In this document: positions 63,520 to 64,000 of the stretch, piece after piece | Numbering within the stretch: position 1 is the stretch's first letter | How the letters are laid out: each line of letters opens with the position of its first letter | Assembly: GCA_950097015.1 (NCBI GenBank) | Contig: CATNEN010000031.1 | Span: forward strand, 1,364,001-1,428,000 | Direction of reading: 5' to 3' | Length of the DNA stretch: 64,000 bases | Origin: Macrostomum hystrix | Taxonomy: Eukaryota > Animalia > Platyhelminthes | Program-made: the position numbers and the translations under genes | The notes under the pieces: generated by a model | Told to the model about the DNA's origin: nothing | Seen by the model: only the letters and a program-made list of their open reading frames with translations | Database searches by the model: none

Positions 63520-64000
63520 GATTTAGCATTAGCGGAATTGAGATTAGATGAGTTCGGATTAGGCAAGTCGGAATTTAGGGATTGGGATTTTGATTCAGGA
63601 TCAAGATTGGTTAGTTCGAATTAGGGATTAGGGATTAGGTGAGACTGGATTAGAGAGTCGGGAATGAGGAGTAGGAGAGCTGGGATTTAGGAGTAGGAGA
63701 GTTGGTATTCAGGATTAGGAGAGTTGGTATTCAAGATTAGGAGAGTTAGGATTCGGGATTAGGAGAGTTGGTATTCAAGATTAGGGGAGTTGGGATTCAG
63801 GATTAGGGGAGGTGGTATTCAGGATTAGGGGAGTTGGGATTCGGGTTTCGGAGAGTTGGGATTCAGGATTAGGGGAGTTGGGATTCAGGATTAGGGGAGG
63901 TGGTATTCAGGATTAGGGGAGTTGGGATTCGGGTTTCGGAGAGTTGGGATTCAGGATTAGGGGAGTTGGGATTCGGGATTAGGGGAGTCAGGATTAGGAG
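63520..64000. repeat. G-rich ~22-bp degenerate minisatellite (ggattaggggagttgggattca), continues past the window end
   Basis: Periodicity becomes more regular toward 64000; intronic in TRAK. Confidence 0.85.

Noticed and set aside
395-64000. CRISPR arrays (units of 26-43 bp, some palindromic)
   Set aside because: Units are head-to-tail with no unique spacers, no cas genes are visible, and the context is eukaryotic introns.
63520-64000. True telomere or interstitial (TTAGGG)n tract
   Set aside because: TTAGGG occurs only as part of a longer unit inside an intron, never as a hexamer run.

Overview
Eukaryotic genomic DNA, very likely from the flatworm Macrostomum (inferred from a spliced-leader-like sequence at 46472-46513 that matches the M. 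lignano SL as I recall it). Exons are GC-rich and introns AT-rich. By rough summation about 35% of the window (~23 kb) is minisatellite, in about 25 arrays with different units. I rebuilt these spliced genes by hand with consistent exon phases: an ATP10-like P4-ATPase (5' part, minus), a ~1,470-aa protein with BC-box-like, SWIM-like and beta-propeller-like segments, an ARHGAP18/28/40-like RhoGAP, STN1, an achaete-scute-type bHLH gene, bystin, and the 3' part of TRAK/Milton. Unspliced ORFs include a PHETA/Sesquipedalian-like PH protein, an orphan and a small membrane-protein candidate. Two tRNA-derived SINE families and a long-TIR MITE-like element are also present. The most interesting signals concern trans-splicing. 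One is a genomic SL relic behind a fold-back hairpin, cut off 2 nt before its terminal AUG. The other is a RhoGAP whose conserved N-terminus has no ATG but follows a phase-0 acceptor, which fits initiation on the SL's own AUG. All coordinates were counted by eye and array ends are approximate. No database searches were run, so family calls rest on recalled motifs.
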